Below are positions 46,225 to 55,667 of a stretch of 64,000 nt of DNA, one piece after another; the stretch's first letter is position 1, and each line of letters opens with the position of its first letter. Location: the IMG/VR virus record IMGVR_UViG_3300020187_001966; one strand, 5' to 3'. The stretch is from a virus (taxonomy: Duplodnaviria > Caudoviricetes). Both the position numbers and the translations under genes were made by a program. The notes below the pieces were generated by a model. That model was not told where the DNA came from. It searched no databases and worked only from the letters and a program-made list of their open reading frames with translations.

Positions 46225-47084
46225 TGATTCCAGTAATTGATTTACAAGCATCAGACGCTTTAGATCGCATTGACGAAGCCTACACAACAGTAGGCTTCGC
46301 AGTGTTTACAAATGCGTTAACTGAAACACATCAACAAGACATCAAGTCTTGGCAAGAACAAATGAAAGCATTCTTTGAACTGCCAATGGATAAAAAACAA
46401 AGTTATCCTTATAACGCAGATACTAACTTGGGTTATAGCATGGTAGGCGACGAAAACGTTGATCCTACAGCACCAAAAGATATCAAAGAAAGTTTTAACT
46501 ACAACAATACACGTATGCCAGAAGACCTTTGGCCTACAGAATTACCAGAGTTTAAAGCAACAGCCTTACAAAGTATTGACATTGCAGATAAACTTACTAT
46601 GAAAATATTATCTAAGTTTGATACTATTTTAGATAGTGGAACTACACTAGTAGATTCACATTTACAACCATTTAACACAACAAGAGTTATTCACTATCCA
46701 GCATATACTGGACCAGTACAAGATAAACAAATGCGTATAGGAGAACACAGTGACTACGGCACTATTACATTACTATGGCAGATTAATGATGTTCCTGGGC
46801 TTCAAGTCCAAGATCTCAAAGAAGAGTGGCACCCGGTCCCGTATGCGGATGATGGAGTAGTTGTTAACATTGGTGACTTACTACAGCGTTGGACTAACGA
46901 TTATTTTAAAAGTACTAAACATCGTGTAGTTAACAGTCATATACATCAACAAAGATATTCGATGCCACACTTTGTAGACCCAACACCCGGCACAATAGTA
47001 CAAAACTTACGTGACGAACAATCAAAATATGAGCCCATTGAGTCAAAAGAATATTTGATGTGGCGTCTAGCACAGAGTTATTAA
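46224..47084 (+). CDS. IPNS/PcbC-like 2OG-Fe(II) oxygenase
   Basis: IPVIDL, HYP, GEHSDYGTITLL, VNIGDLLQRWTND..KST.HRV, RYS.P.F. Confidence 0.92.
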   Translation: MIPVIDLQASDALDRIDEAYTTVGFAVFTNALTETHQQDIKSWQEQMKAFFELPMDKKQSYPYNADTNLGYSMVGDENVDPTAPKDIKESFNYNNTRMPEDLWPTELPEFKATALQSIDIADKLTMKILSKFDTILDSGTTLVDSHLQPFNTTRVIHYPAYTGPVQDKQMRIGEHSDYGTITLLWQINDVPGLQVQDLKEEWHPVPYADDGVVVNIGDLLQRWTNDYFKSTKHRVVNSHIHQQRYSMPHFVDPTPGTIVQNLRDEQSKYEPIESKEYLMWRLAQSY

Positions 47085-47085
47085 A

Positions 47086-47601
47086 ATGAAACAATACATA
47101 ACAAGTTACCAAAACTTTCCAATTGATGGAATTGATTATAAGGATGTAGCAAGTTTATGCGCATCACAAGATGGTTACGCAGAAGCAAATAACTTTATAT
47201 ACAGTAACTTACTAAAATATTGTCCTGTAGATAAAATTATTGGTATTGATGCTCGTGGATTTATATTTGCTAGTGTGTTTGCTCATCGTACAAGAGGCCC
47301 ACTAGTACTAGCACGGAAACCTGGTAAACTTCCTGGTAAGATAGCTGAAAAAGAATACGATTTAGAATACGGAACAAATAAATTACAAATACAAGCAGAT
47401 AGTATTGAAGCAGGAGACCGTTGCCTTATTATTGATGACTTAATGGCAACTGGTGGCACAATGTGCGCAGTATTGGATTTAGTACAAGAATTAAATGCTT
47501 TTACTGTGGCAGTAGCAACTGTTATTGACCTACCTAAATTAGGTGGAAGCGACTTAGTAAAAGCTCGTGGTATACCATTTTACACAGGTGTTGAATACTA
47601 A
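47086..47601 (+). CDS. apt: Adenine phosphoribosyltransferase
   Basis: FPIDGIDYKD, GIDARGF, RKPGKLPG, YDLEYG, IIDDLMATGGT. Confidence 0.92.
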   Translation: MKQYITSYQNFPIDGIDYKDVASLCASQDGYAEANNFIYSNLLKYCPVDKIIGIDARGFIFASVFAHRTRGPLVLARKPGKLPGKIAEKEYDLEYGTNKLQIQADSIEAGDRCLIIDDLMATGGTMCAVLDLVQELNAFTVAVATVIDLPKLGGSDLVKARGIPFYTGVEY

Positions 47602-48212
47602 TGCAACACAATACACATGGATTTGAGATAGAAGAAAACGAACATGATGTTGTTGATAAAGACTATCCAGAAATTAAAGCAAGAGTAGAACAAACTGAAT
47701 GGGTAGTAAAATTAAAAAACCAAGCAGGTGAAGAATGGAAAACAAAATGTACAGATCACTATGCTTGGAAAGCTGCAGAATATATTATGGAATTGGAGAA
47801 GCAACTAATGGTATTTAGAACAGGCGCAGACTTATTTGAAGTAGGTGACTTTACAAGTCACGCAGGAAATAAACTAGCATGGAAGATTGAGTGCGATGCT
47901 ATACGCCCAGAGTGGTGGGACGGATTAGCACGTATGATTATGGATTATCAAACAGAACCTTTTAGTAAGGTAGTTGGTATTCCACGTGGCGGAATGGCAT
48001 TAGCACACGCTATGGAAAAATATGTAACACCAGGCGATCATCCTTGGATGGTTGTGGATGATGTATATACTACAGGTACAAGTTTTAGAGAATTCTGTAC
48101 AGACAATCAAACAATGTTTGCATACAAGTGGTGCGCATTTGCTCGTAAGCCTATTGAAGGCAATGAGTCACATGACGTAAGAGCATTGTTTACTATGCCA
48201 CAAAGTACTTGA
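47601..48212 (+). CDS. Type I PRTase-like (PyrE-like) domain with N-terminal extension
   Basis: LFEVGDFTSHAG, GIPRGG, PRPP loop VVDDVYTTGTS. Confidence 0.75.
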   Translation: MQHNTHGFEIEENEHDVVDKDYPEIKARVEQTEWVVKLKNQAGEEWKTKCTDHYAWKAAEYIMELEKQLMVFRTGADLFEVGDFTSHAGNKLAWKIECDAIRPEWWDGLARMIMDYQTEPFSKVVGIPRGGMALAHAMEKYVTPGDHPWMVVDDVYTTGTSFREFCTDNQTMFAYKWCAFARKPIEGNESHDVRALFTMPQST

Positions 48213-48270
48213 CACATACTAAATACCACGCTATAATATAGCATACACACACACAGAAAAGGAGAACATT

Positions 48271-48627
48271 ATGTTCGATACAAAACAAATGACAGACATG
48301 GCTGAAAAATTCAGCGAGATCTATAAAAACACTGGACTAGATCCAGCAAAATTTACTGAAGCATTCAGTAAAATGACACCCCCAACTATGCCAACAATCA
48401 AGTCAAACAAAAATGGCTATGAGATCCGTACCAAAGTACTGGAGATGGCACAAAACAATGTATGGCAAGACTACCATGCCAAATGGGGAGCGTTTGAACA
48501 AACAGTAAAACGTGATAAGGATACTGGCGAAGTTGTGACAACTGTTACAATGCCAGAAGTACCAGGTGCTGATGCTGTACTGGAAGCAGCAGACAAGTTT
48601 TACAACTTTGTAAACGGTAAACGATAA
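48271..48627 (+). CDS. Conserved phage hypothetical protein
   Basis: KNGYEIRTKVLEMA...VLEAADKFYNFV motif; AAGGAG RBS. Confidence 0.75.
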   Translation: MFDTKQMTDMAEKFSEIYKNTGLDPAKFTEAFSKMTPPTMPTIKSNKNGYEIRTKVLEMAQNNVWQDYHAKWGAFEQTVKRDKDTGEVVTTVTMPEVPGADAVLEAADKFYNFVNGKR

Positions 48628-48736
48628 TAACTTAGAGTAGCAGCTGCTACACTTTAACGCACGCCATCGCTATTAATTTATGTGCCTTGGCGTGCTATAT
48701 ATATATATTATATACTGACACAGAAAGGTCAACAAA

Positions 48737-49027
48737 ATGAGAGAATGGGTATTTAATTGCTGGAATGTAGTAATGGATCACGAAAGTAATCCACTAAGTA
48801 ATATTCCGGACTTTAGTACACGCCATATGATTATGCAAGTATTAGCATGGATGTGGTGTATCGTATTTGCCATCATCGTAGGTAGCATGTGGGCTGGCGT
48901 TATTAGTATGCTTCTACACGTATTACTACTCGCTGCAATCGCAATTACAGTAGCAACGTTTGAAACAGCCAAGCGTAAGCCAAATGTATTTGGTGCTTAT
49001 AATGGTCGAGCAAATGGTGGCGGATAA
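48737..49027 (+). CDS. Conserved small membrane protein
   Basis: NPLSNIPD..TRHMIMQVLAWMW motif, two TMs. Confidence 0.75.
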   Translation: MREWVFNCWNVVMDHESNPLSNIPDFSTRHMIMQVLAWMWCIVFAIIVGSMWAGVISMLLHVLLLAAIAITVATFETAKRKPNVFGAYNGRANGGG

Positions 49028-49030
49028 CAG

Positions 49031-49048
49031 TGTTACATAAATGTAACA
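49031..49048. promoter_or_regulatory. Palindromic operator upstream of porin promoter
   Basis: TGTTACAT-AA-ATGTAACA, about 27 bp upstream of TTGACA (49076). Confidence 0.5.
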
Positions 49049-49188
49049 AGTACGACACTATTTTGCTTAATATCGTTGACAATATAGTATCCTGTGTTAT
49101 ATTAAGATAAGTAAATACACACACAAAAATTTACAATAAAAAAAGGGCACCACTAAGGTGCCCTAAGTTACGAAAGAGAATTATAATT

Positions 49189-49986
49189 ATGAAAAATACA
49201 ATCTTATCAATTGTAGCTGTATTTAGTACAGCAGGCTACGCAATGGCTGAAGAAGTTGCAGTAGCTAATCCAGTTACTTTAACTGGTGAAATCAAAACTA
49301 CAATCGCAGAAACAGCGGCTGACAAATACGGCGCAACAACAACATTTGGTTTAGATGTTGGTGTAACTGGCATCGCATTTGGTGGTCTAGATTTTGCTAC
49401 TGGAGCAGATGACAAACTAGCATTAGACGAATGGCATATTGGTGCTAACTTAGGTTTAGCAACTGTATCATACGGCGACCAAGGCAACAACTGGATTGGT
49501 GCTGAAGGCGAACAAACTATCGCAGATCCAGCAATGGGCGATAGTTTAAAAGTATCAGTTGGTGATGCAACAGTAGCACTAGGTATGACAGATGCAACAG
49601 CAGATGTAACAGACTTGTCAAACGTACAAGCAACATACACAATGGGCGTAGCAGATGACCTATCACTAACAGGCGCAGTTGACTATAACCTAGACAGTGA
49701 AACAACTATCCTTGGTGCAAGCCTAGGCGGTATTGACTTGGGTGTTGCAACGGCAAGTGGCGCATTTACATACGGACTAGACTCAGAAGCATGGGGATAC
49801 GAAGGTGTAGTAGCAACTGGCGGACTAACAGCATACATTAACGGTGACAACGTAGACGCACTACAAAACATCGGTGGTGGATATGATATGACTATCGCAA
49901 GCGGACTTGAGCTTGGTGCTGGAGTATCATATAACATGAACAGTGAAGAGTTCAAACCAAGTGTATCAGCATCATTTAGTTTCTAA
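49189..49986 (+). CDS. Alphaproteobacterial-type porin
   Basis: Signal peptide, alternating beta strands, acidic composition, C-terminal VSASFSF. Confidence 0.82.
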   Translation: MKNTILSIVAVFSTAGYAMAEEVAVANPVTLTGEIKTTIAETAADKYGATTTFGLDVGVTGIAFGGLDFATGADDKLALDEWHIGANLGLATVSYGDQGNNWIGAEGEQTIADPAMGDSLKVSVGDATVALGMTDATADVTDLSNVQATYTMGVADDLSLTGAVDYNLDSETTILGASLGGIDLGVATASGAFTYGLDSEAWGYEGVVATGGLTAYINGDNVDALQNIGGGYDMTIASGLELGAGVSYNMNSEEFKPSVSASFSF

Positions 49987-50003
49987 AAACTAAAAAAAAA
50001 TTA

Positions 50004-50075
50004 CAACCTATTGAAAGCGAAGGATTTTTTCCTTCGCTTTTTGCTTGACTCCAAGACGTTTTGGTGCTATATTAA
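50004..50075 (+). promoter_or_regulatory. Repeated early promoter module, copy 3
   Basis: CAACCTATTGAAA + 11-bp inverted repeat + TTGACT-CCAAGACGTTTTGGTGC-TATATT. Confidence 0.7.
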
Positions 50076-50106
50076 GTGTATAAGTTAAACAAAACGGAGA
50101 AGCATA

Positions 50107-50268
50107 ATGCAACTCAAAGGCGCAATGACTGTTTTAAATCGCAGAGTTCAGTTTTATGGTAAAACATTTGATTGGTTAATTGAAGCAATGGATCAAGGCA
50201 TGGATGAAAACATGACAGTTACACAAGCATATAAAGTTTATAAACGTAATCAACGTAGATATACTTGA
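50107..50268 (+). CDS. Small hypothetical protein (53 aa)
   Basis: Hand-translated MQLKGAMTVLNRR...; GGAG RBS after promoter module. Confidence 0.65.
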   Translation: MQLKGAMTVLNRRVQFYGKTFDWLIEAMDQGMDENMTVTQAYKVYKRNQRRYT

Positions 50269-50324
50269 CAATTAACGTGATAAGTACTATATTATAAGTG
50301 TAACCAATTAAAAGGACTAATGTT

Positions 50325-50516
50325 ATGGACATGGAAACAACACAAGGACTATTTGCAGTGGGTATCGGAATTGTACTCTTCGGAATGGGTTACTGGAAGG
50401 GCAATCAAACTGGTTTGCAAAACGCTGTAGAAGCATTATTTAAAATGGGTGTTCTTGCTGTTGATGAAAATGACCAAGTAGTAGCAGGTCCTAAAATTAA
50501 TAAGTTCAAAATGTAA
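50325..50516 (+). CDS. Small membrane protein
   Basis: N-terminal TM. Confidence 0.65.
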   Translation: MDMETTQGLFAVGIGIVLFGMGYWKGNQTGLQNAVEALFKMGVLAVDENDQVVAGPKINKFKM

Positions 50517-50568
50517 TACCTAATGACAAGAATTGATAGATAAGAAGTAAAACACAAAATTTATTATT

Positions 50569-50600
50569 AAAATGCTCTAGTGGAAACACTAGAGCATTTT
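50569..50600. terminator. Bidirectional intrinsic terminator
   Basis: 14-bp stem AAAATGCTCTAGTG-GAAA-CACTAGAGCATTTT. Confidence 0.85.
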
Positions 50601-50647
50601 TCTTGCGACCAATAAATATTGGTGAGTGAGAAAAGGACACACAATTA

Positions 50648-50992
50648 ATGGAAAATATAATATTTGGATTAGCAATGACTGCTCATTTAGGTCTTGCTGG
50701 TGAGTATAATGAAATACACCCACATGTACGTTATGAAAATGATAATGTAATTGCTGGAGCATTTGTAAATAGTATAGACAATATATCATTATATGCAGGT
50801 AGACGATTTGAACACGATAACTTTGGATTTGAATTGACAGCCACAACTGGATATCTTAGTTTAATAGTTCCCCAAGTACGTGGCACATACGATGTACATA
50901 ATAATGTAAGATTGTTTGTCGGAAATGCTGTTGAAAAAATACAAGGCAAAATTAAACCAGGAGCAGTTGTTGGTATCGAGCTATTATACTAA
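50648..50992 (+). CDS. Small beta-barrel-like protein, paralog 1
   Basis: AHLGLAG.YN..HPHVR, alternating beta pattern, C-terminal GIELLY. Confidence 0.65.
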   Translation: MENIIFGLAMTAHLGLAGEYNEIHPHVRYENDNVIAGAFVNSIDNISLYAGRRFEHDNFGFELTATTGYLSLIVPQVRGTYDVHNNVRLFVGNAVEKIQGKIKPGAVVGIELLY

Positions 50993-51014
50993 ATATAGTT
51001 GGAGACAACATTAC

Positions 51015-51500
51015 ATGAAAATACAACACGTAATTGGCATGTTATCCCTTACTTGGTTAAGTATGTTAGTACCAAGTACGGCGGCTGCCGACTTAACACA
51101 CAGTTTTAAAAACCCTAGTTTTAGTGGCATTGGGTATAGTGCCCACGTACTTAGTATTGAGCAATTGGGATTCAATAGACAAAAAGATATTGATGATGAA
51201 GCTCAACGTGAAGCTGATCGTATTGAGCGTGAACTTGAAAACACTACTCTCAATAAATTTATTAAAAACTTAGAATCAAGAATCTATGCTACACTGAGTA
51301 AACAAATGGTGGACAATATGTTTGCTGCTTGTGGTGAAGAAGGACAACCGGATTGTGCTAATAGTGGAACGACTGAAGTTGAAGGTGCTACTATTTCTTG
51401 GACCAAGGATGAGGCATCTGGCAGTATTACACTAATTATTGACGGCGCCGATGGTTATACAGAAATAACTATTCCAGGATCTGGGGAGTTTAACTTTTGA
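51015..51500 (+). CDS. csgF: Curli assembly protein CsgF-like
   Basis: Signal peptide then DLTHSFKNPSFSG; start reset to ATG 51015. Confidence 0.82.
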   Translation: MKIQHVIGMLSLTWLSMLVPSTAAADLTHSFKNPSFSGIGYSAHVLSIEQLGFNRQKDIDDEAQREADRIERELENTTLNKFIKNLESRIYATLSKQMVDNMFAACGEEGQPDCANSGTTEVEGATISWTKDEASGSITLIIDGADGYTEITIPGSGEFNF

Positions 51501-52315
51501 AGCTAATAACAACAATAATACTTACTGTATTTCTGGCTGGGTGTAGTAATTACAATCCAAAATTACCTAAACCATTACAACGTCCAGCAAACTTACAGGA
51601 AAACCCACTAGTAACAGAACTGAATCAGTTAAAGCCATTAAATGGTCCTGTTATGACTGTTGGAGTATATAGCTTTACAGATAAAACTGGACAACGTAAG
51701 CCAGCAGACAATATTGCTAACTTATCTAGCGCAGTAACACAGGGTGCTGAAGTTTGGGTAATAGATGCGTTGCTACAAGCAGGCGAAGGCACTTGGTTTG
51801 AGGTTGTGGAACGTGTAGGCATGGATAACGTTATTAAAGAACGTCAGTTAATACGTAACACAAGGCAAAATTATGAAGCAGAAGACGCTACCCCACTTCC
51901 GCCAATGAAGTTTGCTGGTATATTAGTTGAGGGTGGCATTGTAGGCTACGATTCAAATATTACCACAGGCGGAGCAGGTGCTAGATACTTTGGTCTTGGA
52001 TCAGCCGCAGAGTATCGTATTGATACAGTAACAGTTAGTATGCGATTAGTTAGCGTAAGCAGCGGCCGTGTATTGGTGAGTGTAGCCGCAGAAAAATCTA
52101 TTGCTAGTTATCGCACAGCTGGAGATGTATTTAAGTTTTTAGACCTTGGCACTAAAGCATTGGAAGTTGAAAGTGGTTACAGCGTAAACGAGCCAGTAAA
52201 CTATGCTGTAAGGGAAGCTATTGAAGCAGTAGTGATAGAAATTATATGTCAAGGTGTTGAATTGGGCTTATGGCAATGGGAAGAAAGCGAATCTCATCTA
52301 GAAGGTGAGCATTAA
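51497..52315 (+). CDS. csgG: Curli secretion channel CsgG-like lipoprotein
   Basis: Lipobox LAGC, VYSFTDKTGQRKP, SSAVTQGA, WFEVVER.G.DN..KERQLIR, EPVNYAVR.AIE.AV. Confidence 0.93.
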   Translation: MKLITTIILTVFLAGCSNYNPKLPKPLQRPANLQENPLVTELNQLKPLNGPVMTVGVYSFTDKTGQRKPADNIANLSSAVTQGAEVWVIDALLQAGEGTWFEVVERVGMDNVIKERQLIRNTRQNYEAEDATPLPPMKFAGILVEGGIVGYDSNITTGGAGARYFGLGSAAEYRIDTVTVSMRLVSVSSGRVLVSVAAEKSIASYRTAGDVFKFLDLGTKALEVESGYSVNEPVNYAVREAIEAVVIEIICQGVELGLWQWEESESHLEGEH

Positions 52316-52321
52316 CTTAAA

Positions 52322-52462
52322 ATGAAATGGATTTTAATATCATTAGCAGTTATAATAGGTGGTATAGTATATCATACATTACAATCACGTAGTCAAATAT
52401 TTTGGCAACAAGTTGGCCCCAATACAGATAAGGCGTTAAATCCAGATACCCATAATAACTAA
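52322..52462 (+). CDS. Small membrane peptide (46 aa)
   Basis: Hand-translated MKWILISLAVIIGGIVYHTLQ... Confidence 0.5.
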   Translation: MKWILISLAVIIGGIVYHTLQSRSQIFWQQVGPNTDKALNPDTHNN

Positions 52463-52530
52463 TATACTTTAGTATATCTGCCCAATTTCACCCACATTTC
52501 ACTAAATATAAGTGTGAGAGTGAGATCTAT

Positions 52531-53298
52531 ATGCAGAAAAAATTATTAAGTAGTGCCATAATGGCAATAGTGTTTACAACATTAGCATCGTTATCAGTAA
52601 TGGCTAATGAAATATATATAACACAAATTGGGGATAGTCTAGATTTAGATATCACTCAAGACGGACAAAACAACGAATTTGGAGACAGCACTACAGACGC
52701 TGGGCTCTATGGCGATAATATGGTGTTTAGTATAACACAAACTGGTGATACAAACACTATTGACGCAATTATTGCTGGTGACAGTTATACAGGTACCTGG
52801 GTGTTTACTGGAAATAGTAACAATGTTGACCTATTATGTGACAGCACAGCAACAATTGGTGGTGGCAATTGTGATAATGTAACATTAAATATTACTACAA
52901 CAGGTGATGACAACAACTATGACTTTAAGATTGGTGAAACTACTGATGGCGGTGATGCCACTGTTAACTTTACAATTGATGGTGATGACAACCTGATACA
53001 AATGGACTTGGATGGAACTGATGCTAATGTTACTGTAGAAATTGACAACAGCGCATCAACAGCAAGTGGATCAACAATTACAAGCGCAACTGATACTAAC
53101 CTAAGTACTAATTCTCCAGGTAACATTATTGATTTAAATATTGATGGTAATGGTGATACTTTAGGACACACTGTAACATTAGATATAACAGGTGGTGGTA
53201 GTGTATATACTATTACACAAAGTGGTATCTACGATAACCTAGTAGATATAACTTCAACTGGGGACGGTAACACAGTTGATATTACACAATCCGATTAA
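52531..53298 (+). CDS. Curlin-repeat-like secreted protein
   Basis: Signal peptide, NEIYITQIGD, repeated Q-x-G-x-x-N units. Confidence 0.8.
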   Translation: MQKKLLSSAIMAIVFTTLASLSVMANEIYITQIGDSLDLDITQDGQNNEFGDSTTDAGLYGDNMVFSITQTGDTNTIDAIIAGDSYTGTWVFTGNSNNVDLLCDSTATIGGGNCDNVTLNITTTGDDNNYDFKIGETTDGGDATVNFTIDGDDNLIQMDLDGTDANVTVEIDNSASTASGSTITSATDTNLSTNSPGNIIDLNIDGNGDTLGHTVTLDITGGGSVYTITQSGIYDNLVDITSTGDGNTVDITQSD

Positions 53299-54406
53299 AC
53301 TTATATGTATAATATTTGTTGCTCTAGCATACGTAAGTATAGCTAGGGCAACTCCTATTGGAGCGGTTGCTGAATCTTCTGGCACAAGTACAATTAAACG
53401 TGATAAAGAAGCATACACTGGCGAAGTAGGTCTTGGCTTACAAATGAACGATAATATTGCTACTGGTAAAGGTAAATTGCGTTTAGACTTTGTAGACGAT
53501 ACTAGAGTAGATGTTACTGAAAATAGTCGTATGACTATTGATGAGTTTATATACGATCCAGCTAGTGGAACAGGTGCTCTTAGTATGAAAGCAACACTAG
53601 GCGCAGTACGTTATGCTAGTGGACAAATAGCAAAGAATTCAAGACAACGAGTAAACATAAGAACGCCAAGTGCTAAAGTTACAGTGCGTGGTACAGACTT
53701 TATGATGATTGTAGATGAGATAGGCGGCAGTATGATAACACTATTGCCCAGTTGTGATGAAAGTGGATTATGTGTAACTGGTGAGATTAGTGTTGAGAGC
53801 GATGTGGGAATGGTTATTATGAATCAAGCATTCCAAACTACTATAGTTTCACACAGTGGTGCTGTTCCAAAGCCAGGAGTTGTACTAGACTTACCAGAAA
53901 ATATGCTTACAGCAATGTTAATTGTACGTAAAGTATCACCTTACACAGAAGAGATAATAAAACAAAAACCACCTACTGATATATTAGACATTGACTTTTT
54001 AGAGTTTGACGAACTAGACAGTGATCCATTAGTTGATGGTATTAAAAATATTTGGGTAACTGATTTAGATAACACAACTTACCTAAATTCAGAGTTTATA
54101 GATCAATTGGAAAAACAACTTGCTGAAATACTATCAAAATGGTTTGATAGTCTAGGAACACAAAATGTAGAGTTTTTTCAGGATAAGTTTTTTGGATTAG
54201 ATCCAGATACAAATATATTTTATGATGAGGAATATCCTTATTTTGTAGTAAGTCGCAAAGAAGGAGATCAACATTTCTTTCAATTAAATTTAAGCCAAAG
54301 TCACAGCTACAATGTAGACTTTGTTCAAGGAGGGTTTTATGAATACGGTTTTAAAGTGGGTGTTGGTTCCTCTAACAGTATTGTTATCAATCAAAACAAC
54401 TACTAG
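53276..54406 (+). CDS. FecR-domain protein
   Basis: Signal/TM, TGKG...F.DDT, GAVRYASG, IRTP.A...VRGTDF. Confidence 0.85.
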   Translation: MILHNPIKLICIIFVALAYVSIARATPIGAVAESSGTSTIKRDKEAYTGEVGLGLQMNDNIATGKGKLRLDFVDDTRVDVTENSRMTIDEFIYDPASGTGALSMKATLGAVRYASGQIAKNSRQRVNIRTPSAKVTVRGTDFMMIVDEIGGSMITLLPSCDESGLCVTGEISVESDVGMVIMNQAFQTTIVSHSGAVPKPGVVLDLPENMLTAMLIVRKVSPYTEEIIKQKPPTDILDIDFLEFDELDSDPLVDGIKNIWVTDLDNTTYLNSEFIDQLEKQLAEILSKWFDSLGTQNVEFFQDKFFGLDPDTNIFYDEEYPYFVVSRKEGDQHFFQLNLSQSHSYNVDFVQGGFYEYGFKVGVGSSNSIVINQNNY

Positions 54407-55193
54407 TTGGGCAAATGAAATATGGATTAGACAAGTTGGTGATAATATAGATATGACTATCACTCAAGATGGCGCTAACAATAAGATAACTGGTTCGGGC
54501 GGTAAAGCTCAAGTAAGTGGTAACAACACAAGCACTACATATGCGCAAACAGGTGACAATAATCAAGTGTGGGCGTGGATGAGTTCTGGTAATGGAATAA
54601 ACAATGTGTCGCAAATAGGCGATAACAACTCAGCAAGTTTAGATTGCCATGGTAATAATTGTGTTATTGATATTGAACAAAATGGCAACTATAACTATGC
54701 ATATGCCGAACTAGGCAATGGTGGTGATTATAATCAAACTATTATTGTTGATCAAGATGGTAATTACAACTTTGCAAAAGTAGAAGCAAACGGTGATGAT
54801 AATACTATTACTGTAGACCAAGATGGTAACAATCATATAGTACATGGGTATGGCAACACACCAATAACTGGTGATAGAAATAACATTACACTTGTACAAG
54901 ATGGATCACAATACAATCAAGCTCAGGCGAAGGTTGTTGGAAATGATAATACAATAGATGGATATCAAGGTGGACAATATAACTTTGGTAGACTGGTACT
55001 AACGGGTAACGACCATGATGTGACGAGTTCACAGGAAGGTACTGGATCTCATAGTATGACTTTAGACCTCACCAATGGTGGTGGGGCGTATACTGTAAAT
55101 ACAACACAAGACAGCACAACTAATCAATCATACAGTTTAACAGGGATCTGTACAAACACAATAGGATGCGCTATTAGCGTAACACAAAATTAA
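54339..55193 (+). CDS. Curlin-repeat protein (CsgA/CsgB-like)
   Basis: About 22-aa repeats such as IEQNGNYNYA / VDQDGNYNFA / VDQDGNNHIV; start ATG 54339. Confidence 0.85.
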   Translation: MNTVLKWVLVPLTVLLSIKTTTSWANEIWIRQVGDNIDMTITQDGANNKITGSGGKAQVSGNNTSTTYAQTGDNNQVWAWMSSGNGINNVSQIGDNNSASLDCHGNNCVIDIEQNGNYNYAYAELGNGGDYNQTIIVDQDGNYNFAKVEANGDDNTITVDQDGNNHIVHGYGNTPITGDRNNITLVQDGSQYNQAQAKVVGNDNTIDGYQGGQYNFGRLVLTGNDHDVTSSQEGTGSHSMTLDLTNGGGAYTVNTTQDSTTNQSYSLTGICTNTIGCAISVTQN

Positions 55194-55538
55194 ATGGAAA
55201 TATTATATGGAATAGCATTATCAGCACACTTGGGGTTAGCTGGTGATTACAACTTATCACACCCACACGTTAGACTACAAGACAATCAATTTATTACAGG
55301 TATATATGTTAACAGTATGAATGATATCAGTGTATATGGTGGTGTGAAGTTTGATTATGACAATTTTTGGGTAGAGGGCGCACTAGTTACTGGATACAAT
55401 AACAGTAATATTAGTCCATACATTAGAGTAGGCAAAGAAATTTATCAAGACAATAGTGTATTCGTCGCACCAGCTTTGGAATCATTTGGAGAAAACAATA
55501 TCGGTATAGTTATTGGAATTGAATTTTTAAGTAAATAA
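55194..55538 (+). CDS. Small beta-barrel-like protein, paralog 2
   Basis: Clear paralog of 50648-50992 (AHLGLAGDYNLSHPHVR...GIEF). Confidence 0.65.
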   Translation: MEILYGIALSAHLGLAGDYNLSHPHVRLQDNQFITGIYVNSMNDISVYGGVKFDYDNFWVEGALVTGYNNSNISPYIRVGKEIYQDNSVFVAPALESFGENNIGIVIGIEFLSK

Positions 55539-55568
55539 ACTTACTACAGATCCAGTGAGAGGGGCAAA

Positions 55569-55667
55569 ATGTCGCATAACCAAAATCCCATGGACCCAAC
55601 AGACTGGCTATGGCTGTGTATAATGCTCGCAGCCATATGTACGTTTTGTATATGGGTGTTTATATAA
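55569..55667 (+). CDS. Micro membrane peptide (32 aa)
   Basis: Hand-translated MSHNQNPMDPTDWLWLCIMLAAICTFCIWVFI. Confidence 0.45.
   Translation: MSHNQNPMDPTDWLWLCIMLAAICTFCIWVFI

Noticed and set aside
48246-48256. AC dinucleotide runs in leaders (also near 49115)
   Set aside because: Short, unstructured A/C-rich leaders are common translation enhancers in phage genes and not distinctive.
48737-49027. Possible C-terminal truncation of the membrane protein by insertion of the palindrome
   Set aside because: The ORF ends GRANGGG-stop, and I cannot verify the family's normal C terminus without alignment; not supported enough to report.
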